A stretch of 63,148 nucleotides of DNA, the filler included, from Reticulomyxa filosa (lineage: Eukaryota; Protista; Foraminifera): the NCBI GenBank assembly GCA_000512085.1. It is 17 parts of 17 records of this genome, joined end to end, with 100 filler letters (N's around TTAATTAATTAA, not from the genome) between each part and the next. Parts side by side here need not be neighbours in the genome. Positions count along the whole stretch, not along the records: positions 11,690 to 22,477 come from ASPP01010987.1; positions 22,578 to 23,818 come from ASPP01037191.1; positions 23,919 to 25,447 come from ASPP01027170.1; 14 more parts are not named here. One strand, 5' to 3'. This document shows, piece by piece, positions 11,756 through 24,965 of this stretch. The notes beneath the pieces are model-generated. The model made no database searches. It saw only the letters and a program-made list of their open reading frames with translations, and was not told where the DNA came from. Each line of letters starts with the position of its first letter. Within the stretch, counting starts at the first letter, position 1. Both the position numbers and the translations under genes were made by a program.

Positions 11756-13243
11756 GGACACCCGACAAAATATCCAACGACGCATCCCACCAAATATCCA
11801 ACGACGAATCCTACCAAATATCCGACAAAGCAGCCAACAAAGCCTCCAAGCAAACTCCCATCGAAAAATCCAAGCAAAAATCCGAGTAAGAGCCCAAGTA
11901 AAAACCCAACGGATATTCCAAGCAAAAGTCCAACAAACAAGCCGAGCACAAGCCCAAGCCGAAATCCGACAAAAGGTCCAACGAGAACTCCTACAAAGCG
12001 TCCCAGCGCATATCCAGCAAGGACCCCCTCCAAAGTCCCAACCCGTCTCCCCACGGTGCAGCAAACAAAAAAGCCAACCGTCGACCCGAGCCACTCCCCT
12101 TCGAACTCGCCCACAAAACTCCCATCGCAGTCTCCTGTAAGACAAGCCACAACATTACTTCCAACTTTCACTCCCACATCGATCACCATCACAACTACGA
12201 CCACGACCACGACCACGACCACACGTCCAACAAATCAGCCTACAAAACATCCTTCAAAATATCCTTCAAAATATCCTTCAAAATATCCTTCGAAATACCC
12301 TTCAAAACATCCCACAAAAAACCCTTCCAAACAACCTTCAAAACATCCTTCAAAAGGTCCTTCAAAACTCCCCACAAACAATCCTTCTAAACATCCTTCT
12401 GTTCGTTCAACCAACCTTCCCACTGAAAAACCAATCAAATCTACCTCAACCAAACATCCACAGACAACAACAACAACAACAACAATAACAACAACAACAA
12501 CAACAACGACAACAAAGAAACCTACCAAAAAGGACACCAGCACTCCAACCACACAAATACCCATCAGTCATTCTCCGACTCGTTCTCCAACTGGTAACAC
12601 TTTTTTTACTCTCTCTTTTTTTTTCTCTTTCTCTTGCTTTCTTTATGAATGTACAAATATGCAATTGTAACAATTTTTTAAAAAAGTCGATTCTGGCCAG
12701 TTAAACCAGTCTTCGAAATCTTCCAATATTCTAACGTCCCCAGTGGGATATGCTGTCGCTGGTATTGCTGGTCTTTTGTTAGTCGCGCTGTTGGTATTCG
12801 TGTGTTTATATTGTCGCTCCAAACTCACGATCAAATCCATAGTTAGCAATTCTATGAGAGAAAAGGATAGAAACACTGCAAATCTGATCCAACTCATGCC
12901 CACGAACGATCCGCCGCCAACGCAAACGAAGACTCAGCAAATTGAAGTTTGATTTTATCTTAAATAAATTTATTTTTTTTCTAGTTTTCAAATTTTACAT
13001 CTTTTGTTTTGCTTTGTTTGCTCATGGACTGGAAAGAATCATCTCAAGTTGAATGGGAACACGGAACAGCCAAAAGTGCAGCAGATACAAGAAAAAAATA
13101 ATGAAAGCAACATTTCCTCACAAAGTGGTGGGAATAATGTCGCTTTCAATGCGCATAGTTCACCCGCGGATCCTGATCAAAATGTAAACTTGCTTAGAAA
13201 AGATGTAGTTGCCGAAAATGCGGCCATTGTGAAAAACGGATGA
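11690..13243 (+). CDS. PT-repeat/mucin-like type I membrane surface protein (5' partial)
   Basis: Long P(T/S)xx tetrapeptide repeats and poly-Thr; introns 12594..12687 and 12947..13036; TM segment GYAVAGIAGLLLVALLVFVCLYC followed by RSK. Confidence 0.8.
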
Positions 13244-13876
13244 GTAGTGCAAACATTACTCTCTTTTAACTCATAAAACAAAGCATTTACTTTTACTCCA
13301 ACTTTCGACATATTTTTTTTTGTTTCACTCAAAATACGTACATTTTTTTGTGGTATGTGATCTTTTTTTATTTTTGTGGCATCGCTTATTCAAAAATAGC
13401 TTTTCTTGTAAAAATTAATTAATTGTACATGTTTACGAATGATTTTATTGCACTTACATTCTTGTCAAAGGACATCCTCTTTGAATTATATATATTCTTT
13501 TATTCAATTTAAGTTAACCCAACGCCGTCTTGTTGTGTTATTGTTCGTGTACAACCAAAAGAAAATAGACCAGTGCAATTTTACAGTATAGTACGTTATA
13601 ATTTTTTTTTGAAATACAAAGCTATTTATCAAAGTTCAAAATGAGATATTCTGTTGTGTGCTAATTGAAAAAATTTAAGTAGTGTTTAGAATTGCAACAC
13701 TGGCAGTGTCATTCTTGATGCGTGTGTTCGATATCTTCCATATGTGGATTTTTAACATGCACTCTAAGGAAGAATTCAAGCTTGAAGAAACAAATTTTAC
13801 ACATGATCAAAAAAAACAAAACAGCAAAAAAAAAATTAATCAGCTTTTTAAATTTTCATTTATTTTTAAGTAATTT

Positions 13877-14962
13877 TTAGTTTTGAGAAGCAGCTGTAGC
13901 AGCGGCCATTTCTTGTTCAAAGTCAGCAACAGGATCTGTTTCGTGCTTTGCGACGAACCACGCAAACCAGCGATTATGAAGAAAGCCAAAAAGCTTTAGG
14001 TAATACTTTTCCCCAAATTTTAGACTAAATAGTAAGCAGGATATATTTACGCACGAATCCAACGGATACAAATAATAATACGCATACGTGGCATTACAAA
14101 ACCACATATGTGAAAAACGACAGATCCTGCAACTAGTACAGCTGTAGTGCTCCCTTTTTATTGTTTTGAAGAACACACCATCTTACTCCAAACCTACACA
14201 AAAAAGTAGTGATAAAATATGGTCGGCAAAAAAAGTTTGACAACTTTTTTTGTACTTACCGAGCCCAAACAATGATACAAGCGTCAAACGGATCAAAGCA
14301 TGCAAAGTTTTGGCTTGGCTAATAGAAAAGCTTTGTAAAAGTTTGGACAAAGAATTATACAATAGACCGGTGACTGAAAGAGTGCTTACTGCCATGATAA
14401 CGCACAAAGAAAGCATGCAATCACTCAATTGTTTAGCTTTTGTTGTTGCTTCCAAGTAGGCCAATGCAACACCTAAAACTAGCACTGGTAGGCAAATGAA
14501 TCGAAGAAGAATGTAGACAACGGGATGATATCCATAAATTGTGTTGTTTAGGCTTACACATAAACGTTCTACGAATAATGACTGCATTAAAAACAAAGAC
14601 AAGGCAAAGCAGAGATCGGTACATAAAATGATGTATGTATCAAAAGTTCCATTCCTTTCTGTGACTAACCAATATATCCAATCAATTGAAGACAGCAATT
14701 CCTTTACAAAAATGAAAAATGAACTACATAATACTAATTGCAGTATCGACACAAATCCCAACCATTTGACAGCTCTTTGATGTTTGGGGCCATGTTTGGA
14801 ACTGCTCCCACTCACGCTTGAAGTTTGTTTTGTTACAGGCTTTTCTTGCTTTCTCACCCCAGCATACAAAAGCCATACAATAAACGTGATGTAAGAGAAA
14901 GCAGTCAATTGAACACCCAGTGCAATCCAATCTCGTGGGAGTCTCCCGGTGAATGACAACAT
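13877..14962 (-). CDS. 7-transmembrane GPCR-like protein
   Basis: Six to seven hydrophobic segments, LFVERL (DRY-like position), final TM LYPLDSCVNISCLLFSL; GTAAGT donor near 14258; apparent 1-nt deletion at the CC/GG near 14090. Confidence 0.65.
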
Positions 14963-15651
14963 ATTAAAACAATTTCCTTTTTTTTTACAAAATCTTGAGT
15001 CGCTTTGAAGGCTGTTAATTTATCCAACCCCTTTTAACTTTTATCGTGTTCCATTGGTTTCCATGAAAAAAGCGAATGCGTTCCATCAAAGGAAGGAAAA
15101 AAATTTACAAATTAACAATGTTTTGAGGAGGTTGACGATAATAATTTACCACCAAGAAACAAAAAGCACTGACTACAAAACTTGATTAATCACAAAAACC
15201 ACAAGCTTGATCACACCACATCAAACAGCGATATTTGAGGTAAATAAGCAGAGCACAACAACACTTGAAAATAAAGATACAACAGGAGAGCAACAAAACA
15301 CAAAATAATGTGCACGGTTACTTCCTATTTGAGCCAAGATAAAACACATCGTTATCCGACGAAAGACACAACGATAAACAAAAACCAAAAACAAAATTGT
15401 GATTGCACATTTTGTGATGAGAGGAGAAAGCCACTGAAGTTGTCATAAAAAAGATTCTCTTGTTTCTTGTTTGTTGTAAGTCCTTCTTTTGGTCGCATTT
15501 TTATTTTATTTTTTCCTCAAGGAAAATGAGTCTCTGATTGATTCAACTTATGTACCCAGTGCAACACAATTTGTGTTTTAGACTAAAAAAAGAAAAAAGC
15601 AGGGAAATGACATTGAAAGAAAAAATAAGCTCAATCTTTAATTATTCCACG

Positions 15652-18600
15652 TTACCAAGAAGACAACCCGCTTCGTGTTGTTAGACGGACTCTATATATG
15701 TACATATATATATTTGAAATAAAGCACTTTGACAAACAAAAAAAAAAAACTTACCTCTTTGTTGGTATGTGAGGTTGAAAAGTTATTCCAATCTCTTCTC
15801 CTTTTCTTTTCCTTCCAATGATATCTCGAATTGCCCTTGTTGGTTTTGTTGCATGATCCTCTATGTTCAGACTATTAGTAATAGTGTTTAAGGCACTAGA
15901 CCCGTCCATCTGAAGGTCGCTCATGTTTGAGGCGGGACGAAGCAGAGTTGTGCTCATGTCCATTCCAATGGCCACGTTCATCTGTGACAGGGACCCCTCA
16001 GTATTGAGGATTCCACTTTTCTGATTTGGATTGGAATTAGATGAGACGATGCTCGGAATGGTGGCATACAAGTGCTCAGCTCCTACACTAAATTCTGGAG
16101 ACACCTGTTGATCTGGAGTGCTGGCAGGACTATAGTGATTCGTGCCATGATTATTGCTGTCGTTTGTATTGTTGGCGGCACTCAAGTTACTTGCATTGTG
16201 ACTATTGTGGTCGTCACTGACTTGATTGTTCCCAACGCAAGTTCCAATTGCAAGCAGTTCGTGGTTTTCCTCTTTCATTTGCATTCTGTGGGAATGGAGT
16301 TGATGATCCATCAGTTGTTGCAATTGCAATTGCGAGCATTTGTGTTCTAGTTCTTCCACATGTCTTTTTAAAGATGCATTGGCCATTTCCAATTGCTTTT
16401 TTTGCGTCTCCAAATGTGTCACAAATTGTTTGAACTTCTCATTGTTGACTTTGCATTCGTGCTTCCAATGCTCAACTTCCAAACATGCACGATGCTTTTC
16501 TTGCATGCACTCATCGAGCTTTTTTTTATGGCGATTACGATCAGCCTCCAGTGCTCGATATTTCGCCAAAAGTGCTCCAATAAACTCTTGGGAAGGAGAT
16601 AATGTTGCTGTGGATACACTGTTGTTGTTGTTGTTGTTGTTGATGCTTGTATTATTCGGTGCTACAGTGCTATGCTCTACGTTGCTGTTGTTGCCGTTAC
16701 CGTTATTGTTATTGTGCAAACCATTCGATACCATGCCGAAGGTTGTGCATGTGCTCTCGTGTGGTTGTTGTAAGTTTTGATGGGATAAATGACGATTGCA
16801 CATCCCTGGAAATCCGCCATTTTCCATGAAAGAGCAGTAAAAATCTTCATATATAAGTCACAACAAATCACAGTGCAATTGAGTGAACAATTTGTCTTTT
16901 TTCTTTTAAAAAAAAAAGTGTTGGTGATCCTCCTACGCTGACAGAAATGAAAAATACTTAAACATACTAATATTTGGGATCGTAGTGGAATTTTTATCCG
17001 TCGTCGCAATCTTGTTTTCATTCCCCGCGGTCGAGTTAACCCTGCTGGACTGTGTATGTCCGTTGGGCGGCAACACACTGCTGTTGCTGTTGATTGCGAC
17101 AACACTAGTCTTGTTATTGACGCTATGGAATTGTTGCAAAGCAATGTGTGAGGTTGAATTGGGGACAGCCTTTTTGTTTGTGTTAATGTTGCCCGTAGAC
17201 TGTGACGCCATAAAAGAACTTGGAGTCATTACATTTTTCCAGCTGTTGAATGGTAGGCTCACGCAACTTGTGTGTGCGACACGAGGTGGCCAGCGATCTT
17301 GTGCAGACATCTTTTCAATGTTTATTTGGTCTTTGGCTTGTTTTGGAATCGAAATCAAAAGAGAGTACAAATGCATATACAAATCATATATAAATATATA
17401 TGTATATAATCATACGCTAATTTTTTTTTCGTCTTGCCAATCAAAGACAGTATCTTGTGGATTTTCTGGATCATATCCAATGCCCTTCATCACGTTCTTA
17501 AAGTATTGCTTATATTCTTCATACACTGGTTCAGCGCTAAATGCAAGCTCGCGACAGGCCACTAAATATTGTCGGAACTCATCCGGAAAGCCTTTGCACA
17601 GCTTACTTAGTTCGGTTTTCTTTTTCATTTCCCCGATTTTTTGATAGCGCTTTTCTTTGGTATGGCCTTTCAGGCCTTGCCAGGGGAGTGAGCCACGTAC
17701 AAAATATATTAGCATGTATCCCAATGATTCCAAATCATCTCGTCGTGATTGTTCGCATCCTGAATGAGTATTTATGCTGGCATATCGTGGTGTTCCTTTT
17801 TTTATTTTTATTTTTCCTTTCGTTGTTTTTTATTATTTTGTACACCACTCCCCACGTAAAGGAGCGATACCAACAACAACAAAAAAAAGGAAACTGACCA
17901 ATGAGCCGTTTTTCAGTTTTGAAAAGAATATGTTGGGAATTTTCTAACCAACGCTTTCCCAAGCCAAAGTCAATCATATAAAGTTGACCACCTGCAACCC
18001 CATTTCTCGGTCCATCACCAGTTAAGAAATTGTCAGGCTTAATATCCCGATGTAACCATCCATGATTATGTAGCTCTTGGATTCGAGAAATCAATTGCAA
18101 TGCTATTAAACAAACACATTTTATGGAAAACTTTCGACCACACAATGTAAACAATTGTTCCAATGATTCTCCCAATTTGTCCATTATCTATTTTTAATCC
18201 ATCCCCGTTGTATTCATTCCGTTTTTTTTTTTTTGTTGCCAACAACAATGGAGAAGGAGAAAGAGAATTCGTCACACAATCACAAAAAAAAAAAAAACAA
18301 ATGTTGAATCCCCCTGGTCGTATTAATGGTCAATGTGACATGTGCCCAATCCATAAAAAGTTTTTTTTTGGAATGTACATCTCACAGAACTTGAGGAAAA
18401 AAAAATAAGACAAACAAGAAACTCGTTTTTTAAACCTTTTAGTACAACTTTACTCTTGTTTTCTTTCCTCATGTTCTCCCTCCCTTTTTTCTTTCTTAAA
18501 AAAAAAAAATATATATAAACATATACTTATATAAACATTAGAAAAAAAAGTAGTGAAAACTCACTCCGCATACCATCAGACTGTGGTTGCCATGGGGTAT

Positions 18601-19868
18601 GATTCCATAAACGCGAGCAAAACTATTGGAGTGTTGCAACGCTTGATAAATTTCAAACTCTTGTTTCAATTGCGGATGTTTCGTTCGAATATTTTCCTGT
18701 GCATGTGCATACATATCCATTCCGTTTTACTCTCATCTACAACAATTTTTTAAAAAATCCATCTGCGCTTCTCTCCTCCCCGAGACTGTTTGTGCGTTCC
18801 CGTTTCGCCAATTACAAAAACCCCAGAAACAACAACAAAAGAAAACGAAAAAACAAAAACCAAGAAAGGGGGGAAATATCAAAAGAACACACACACGTAA
18901 ACTCAAAATCCAAATCAGGAACAAACAAAGCAAATTTTTTTGCGTCTCACTTTTTTTTTCCTCCCTCTAAAAAAAAAAATGTTGATAGTGTTTTCTTTCT
19001 CCTCTTTCGAAAATTGTGTCAACTTTCGTATTATGTTTCCAAGTAAAAAAATTCTTGTTGTTGATTGGGTGCACTTTTTCACTAACACATCTCATCAATC
19101 AACGTTTTACATTTTACTTTTAAAAAAAAAAAAGCAGTCTACGATCGGGAAAAAGAAAAAAAACGAAAACAAAAACAAGAACAAAGAATAAAACCGAACA
19201 AACAACCAAATGGAAAGATCCAAAACTGCTTTGCAGGCAACCGATTTTCCCGAGTCTTCATCGATGACTTCCGCCATTTGCAACGTGTGTTATTTGTCAA
19301 ACCAATCAAATTTCATTAAAAAAAAAACAACAAAAAACAAAGTGTTTTGTTCTGTCATGGTTTTTCTTGTCCGATGGAGGGGATTTGTGGCATGTAGGTG
19401 GAGAAGGAAACACATTGACAACAAAGTGTGATGCATGCAAGCAAAAATGAACACATGCAACGAGAGAAAAAGACTTTAAGTTGCGAAAAGGAAAGCCACT
19501 ACAAAGCGGGAAGAGAGAGAGGGGAGAAAAAAAAAGCGCATTTTTCTTTTTTTTTTTCCTTCTTCTTTGTAGAGCAATGATTCGGAAGAAACAAAAAAAA
19601 AAACAATAAATAATCACTGTTGGAGTGGATACCTTCATATATCTCACCAAACGATCTATACACGTTCCACACCCCCAAATCAATAAAATAATATCTCAAA
19701 AAAAAGCTTTGGTCATTTTCTTTTTTTGAATGGGTAAAACGAAAGAACATAAAGAACCGGACTAACGAACACATACAACAAAAAAAAATATTACCCACTG
19801 CCTAATTTGCGGATTGCTTTAAAACGACCACCCAATTTAACGTCTTTGTTAGGTATCGTCAATGACAT
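15652..19868 (-). CDS. CK1: Casein kinase 1 family kinase with long C-terminal extension (multi-exon)
   Basis: Exons give RKLGSG|[84 protein letters not shown]. In-phase introns 17311..17415, 16845..16967 and a last one near 15692..15754 extend the frame to a stop at 15652. The kinase is certain; the tail fusion is inferred. Confidence 0.85.
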
Positions 19869-20104
19869 TTTTTTTTGATAAAATAGAAGTAGTTCAAGAT
19901 TATTGTTTCAATAACTATATATGTGCATACCACAATCACAGGACAAAGCAAACGCTTATGTTGTCGAATAAGTACACAACAAAGACTGGTTTTTGCTTAA
20001 AAAATCATACATATTGACACGCCAGAGAAATTGCATTAAAATCGTTAGAAATAAAACAAAATAAATATTTGATAAAAGAGTGAAATAACAAGCCTTTACC
20101 CGAA

Positions 20105-20149
20105 GCCCGAGAAAACGCTCTCTTGTCCTCAAGGGTTCGCTTTTCGGGC
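20105..20149. other. GC-rich imperfect hairpin in AT-rich intergenic DNA
   Basis: GCCCGAGAA..CG..CTCTTG-TCCT-CAAGGG..CG.TTTTCGGGC pairs over about 17 bp including G-T pairs. Confidence 0.5.
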
Positions 20150-22639
20150 AAACTTTTTCACTTTCTCAAAACAGTTTCTGGCAACAATCGACCAGTACTA
20201 CTCCAGCAAAACATACCATCACTTTAGCAGCTTTCAAACTGAAGTTTTTGAATTAAGCTTGCTATCAAATAAAAACACAATGTCCATTTAGGAAAATAAA
20301 TTAAGTGGAAGATGTACAATAAAAAAGAAAATTCCTATGTTCTATTTAAACATTATAAGAAAAAGAAACTACAATTTGTTTGACTTCAAATAATTGTTTA
20401 TTGCCAACAATCGACCGAATTTTGATTGAAAGTTTTTTAATTATTTTGAGATTTGTAATGTATTTATAGCATGCTGCAATAATGATAGCTTAGATACCTT
20501 TTTCACAATCTTTAAAAAACTTAACGATTTTTTCATAGTTCTACGTTTCTATTAATATCAAACATTTTTAGGATATGATTTTAAAAAAGTTTAAAAATGT
20601 TAATTTTTCATTAACAAAATTGCAATTGTTTATAGGGTTCATTTTAGTGATCTTTTTTGGTAGCTGTATATAGAAGAGCCACATGCCCGTTTCATATTAC
20701 GAACAGGGGCCATCTTGGTTTTCTCTACGTATACAGAATAACAAAAATCAAGCATTTGAATAATAGATTTATTCAAAGAGAATAGTAAGACAGAAATAGA
20801 AAGTAAGAGTTGTAAGTTGTGAGATAGCATACAATATTGTGTTTTTGTGCAAAACGCTTCAGATTTTAATGCAGGAAGTTCAATTTGATAATTCACAATG
20901 CCCAGTAGTATTTGTTGATATAGTATCAAAAAGTTTCCAAGTCTTTGCCAGAAAAAAGTACAAATTAGTTCACAGATTTTTGTTTTATGTCAGTTTTTTG
21001 TGCTTATTCTACTTGTTTGCCTTTTCATATTGAAAAGAAGCCAAGTCAATGTTAGTATAACAATTTCACTGGTCCTTCTGTTAAGAAGGTAATTCTTTCA
21101 TGCATTCGTTTTAGCAAACTATGAAGACTTTGCTATCTATCCAATCTTAAATTTATTGCTTCTCTCAAAGTCATCGTAGAAATTTTGAAAGTCACATGAA
21201 CTACTTTGTTTAGCATCAAGTTTCTTCATTTCCAAAAATTTTTTATTAATTGAGAAAAAGATTGAACACAGACTTAGATTTGTTTATTTTCCTGCACTTG
21301 AATTCATATGTGATATTCTACTTTTTTTCCTACCAGCATTGATATTATTTTCTTAAATAAACCTCCAATTAAAGCAATAAGAAAAACAAGAAATTTTATT
21401 ATAATTCGATTTGCACTTTTGTCAACGATTTCTTCAATTATAAATGCAAAAACGAATTTTTAAGTTAAAAGTGAAATATTTTTAAAAAGTGTGATGCATG
21501 TGCAATTTTTCGGGACACCCCACATATATTTATACTTCAAAATTGAAATTATTGTATCTGATTCAGAAAAATTATTGTCTGAGTAAATAGTATTTGATTT
21601 TAAATATTTATTTTAAAATATTTTTTGATGAATTGATACATAAACGAAATAAAGGCATATATCATTATCATTTTATTTGAATCACACTTTTTATTTTATA
21701 AAATTTCTTAGTTTTGAAATAAGATTTTTTGTTGTTAAAATAATGATAATCTGAAATCATTCTAGTTGTTTGTTGGGAGGCTTTTATTATAAATTATCTT
21801 TGCAGCATAACAAACGAATAATGCAATATCAAAACATCAAAACTTGATAGAAATAAACATCAACATACCGAATTTCCAACACAAATTATGTTGCTCTAAG
21901 TGTGTACAAGGAGGATATATGACTTTTGGTTTTTTCAAAAATCGAAATTTATTTGAATTATATGTATTCGTCATTCAAATTTTCTTTTCGGACTTATTAC
22001 AACTATGTCACTTTTTGAAAGATACTATTTAAACAAGACAATTTTCGTAAGTGGGCAATTTCAATTTGGATTTTAAAAGAAAATTAGCTTGACTCAATGT
22101 CTTTTTGATTGAAATTGTTAAATTTTATCAATCACAAAATATAAGTGCTGACAACAAAACTTTTTGCAATGGTTGAAGTAGCCAACATTTCTGATTTTGA
22201 CATTCATTCGTGTACAACTGAGCCAAAGGATAGAAACCAGAGAGTATATCAATTATCTTGGAAGGCTAACAACTAGCACTAATCGTATCAAATACAGATA
22301 CGACGTAACTTAAATTAATCGAATTTCTGCGAAATAAACTTTGTTGGATGCTATAATTGAGAAATGTGAAATATTTTCCAGATGATCTGAATATACTTTG
22401 AAGACTAATTCTTCAGTGATTTAACATTTCAAACAACCTAACAAGCCAAAAGTATTAAACATGGAGCTCGCTTTCAANNNNNNNNNNNNNNNNNNNNNNN
22501 NNNNNNNNNNNNNNNNNNNNNTTAATTAATTAANNNNNNNNNNNNNNNNNNNNNNNNNNNNNNNNNNNNNNNNNNNNTATATAATTTTTCCATATTTAAT
22601 GTATTGAATACAACACACAAAAATAAGACAGAGAGATAT

Positions 22640-23818
22640 CACAAAACATGATCTTTCCATTTACAAAAGATTTGGGTTGGATCCACATCGCAAGGCTGTT
22701 CCGGAACGACACACTCTGGATCTTCGTCCAAGTTTTGTTGAACCACTCCGACAAAAATGCGCTCTGGATATTTGGCTCTGCTGAACGCAGTGAACACGCT
22801 GTTCTGACACATGTCATCTCGATACGATGCCACTCCGACATAGATGGTCGGCAGGCCATTCACTTTGGAGCCAATTTGCTCGTAACGAGTCACCGTCTCC
22901 ACAAAGGGATCCGGTGGAGATGTCACTGTCGAATCTGTCAACATTTGTTTCATTCCATTTATTTGACAAGTCCTTCACAAGGAGATTACATATGTCGAAT
23001 GTGTGCATATTATACATATATATATATATGTATATATATATATGTGTATGTGTTTGTGCACATTACCTCCACAAACTTTGAGAAACGAATATTCGTCATT
23101 GTCACTGACGACCACGGGCGCGACGGCACGCAATTCAAAAGACTGGCGAAGTCCGGGTACTCGGGTGATCCCGACACAATCCTTCATTTTCAAGCACGCT
23201 TCTTTGGCGTCTTCGTAATAGTAAAATCGCTTGCACTCGTCGCTCGCACACGTTTCCAAATACCCTTTATGAGGTCCTGTGAACACACACTGCGATGAAA
23301 GTGGTTTATTCTTCGCAATATCTGGAACTTGGGGCTGGGCATTCTGGGGGTTCTGTACTTTTGGTAGGTTCCCTTTTTTTTTTTTTTTTTAAAAAAAAAA
23401 ATAAATTATATATGCATATACACATATATAATTATATATGTGTATATATATATGTATATGTATAATATATACCACCACAGCGCTTGACGAAAGAAACTTG
23501 CCCACTTGCACTGGGACGCAGATCGGTGCCTTGCCGCAATTGGTACATGTGGTCGGGCATGAGTTGGACCACGCCACTGCACGAGTCAATGGCCAAACAC
23601 TTTTGCTTTGCAAGCTCGACGTCGGTGTAACTGGCACAATTGTCATCGGCACAATTGGCCAAAAACCCGTTCAATGGCCCTTCCAACCAACATCCCTTTG
23701 AATTTAGTGACACTTTCACTTCTTCCTTATCATTACCATTGCCATTGTCACTCACTTTTGCAGTTCGACTTTTGTCATTATTATTCTTATTCTTGTTATT
23801 GTTATTGTTATTGTTATT
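22640..23818 (-). CDS. GT60 (Skp1/Gnt1-like) GlcNAc-transferase with two N-terminal Cys-rich domains (partial at both ends)
   Basis: PTIYVGVASYRDDMC..SVFTAFSRAKYPERIFVGVVQQN is the GT60 N-terminal signature. It is preceded by two ~75-aa repeats C...GP..G.L..CA.D.C..Y...E.AK..CL....C.G(V/I)...(Y/F).LR........SF.K.CG in separate exons. Confidence 0.85.
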
Positions 23819-24609
23819 NNNNNNNNNNNNNNNNNNNNNNNNNNNNNNNNNNNNNNNNNNNNTTAATTAATTAANNNNNNNNNNNNNNNNNNNNNNNNNN
23901 NNNNNNNNNNNNNNNNNNAAAAAAAAAAAAAAAAAAAAAAAAAGTTATTGGTATCCTATATAAAAGTTTTGAAAGAAGACAGTTTTGAAGAGTTGGATTA
24001 CGGAGATTTGGACAATACCTTCGACCCTTATCTGAAAGAAATACTCAAGTTATTGAGTCAACTTCCGACCACATAAACTTTTTTTTATTCTTTTGCTTCT
24101 TTGACAAATGAATGTGTTGCATTGTTGAATATCAATTTTTTTGTTGGCTTGTTTTAAGACTTTATGCCAAAAATGCTTTTATTGTTTTTGTTATTGCTTT
24201 TTTTTTTGCTTTGGAAAAAAAAAAATTGAAAATAACATCACCATCAATCTCATGCATCTTTTTGTATCGGGATTTGTCTCCTTTGGTGTGTCTACTTTTG
24301 TATAATATTTAATATACTGACGAAAACATTACAATTTACCATGGCGTTGGATGTTTTGAAAGAGACGGTTTGTTTATATTAATTTTTTTTTGGATTCACT
24401 TTTTCACACAGATAAATTAAATAACAAACCTTATTTATTATCCCCTCTCAATTGATTGGCACTCTTGATCTTGATGGATACTTCAACAGAAAATTACAAA
24501 TTCTACAATAATATTTTTAAAAACTTAAAACGAGTATTTCTTTTACATACACACACTGAGCTTTTTCTTGCTTGTAATTCTTCAAACATTGACAATATAA
24601 CTCAAGTCC

Positions 24610-24965
24610 ATGAACTACATGCGCAAGATCAAGAGTCTCACCGAAGTGCCCGACAGCGGGCTCTTGCCCCAGAAGAAGACGCCAAATAAAGTAGTGATCA
24701 AAGTGAGTCTCTTAGGAGATTCACAAATAGGAAAGACAACATCGATGGTGAAGTATATTGAGGACCGACATGACGAAACTCTGGTAAGTAAGTAGCACAG
24801 ACATTGTATTAAAAAACGTGAGCAACATAAATTGAAACGAGTGAATAAAAAAAAAAATGCAATAGGGAGTGAACTTTATGGAAAAAAACGATCAATCTAA
24901 AAGACGTGGGTGTAGATATATCGATATGGGATTTAGGTGGTCAAAAAGACTTTAGCACATTAATG
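24610..24965 (+). pseudogene. SPG1: Truncated Spg1/Tem1 GTPase
   Basis: IKVSLLGDSQIGKTT.MVKY..D, intron 24784..24865, GVNFMEK, ISIWDLGGQKDF. Short deletion before switch I, +1 A in the run 24882..24888, and similarity stops after FSTLM (no G4/G5). Confidence 0.8.

Noticed and set aside
11638-12673. Minus-strand Val/Gly/Cys-rich ORFs
   Set aside because: Antisense shadows of the PT-repeat gene.
20090-20104. U5 snRNA loop 1 (GCCTTTAC)
   Set aside because: It has only three T instead of the invariant four, with no closing stem or Sm site.
20639-21400. Possible degraded gene on the minus strand
   Set aside because: Coding-like patches, but no recognisable motif or sustained frame.
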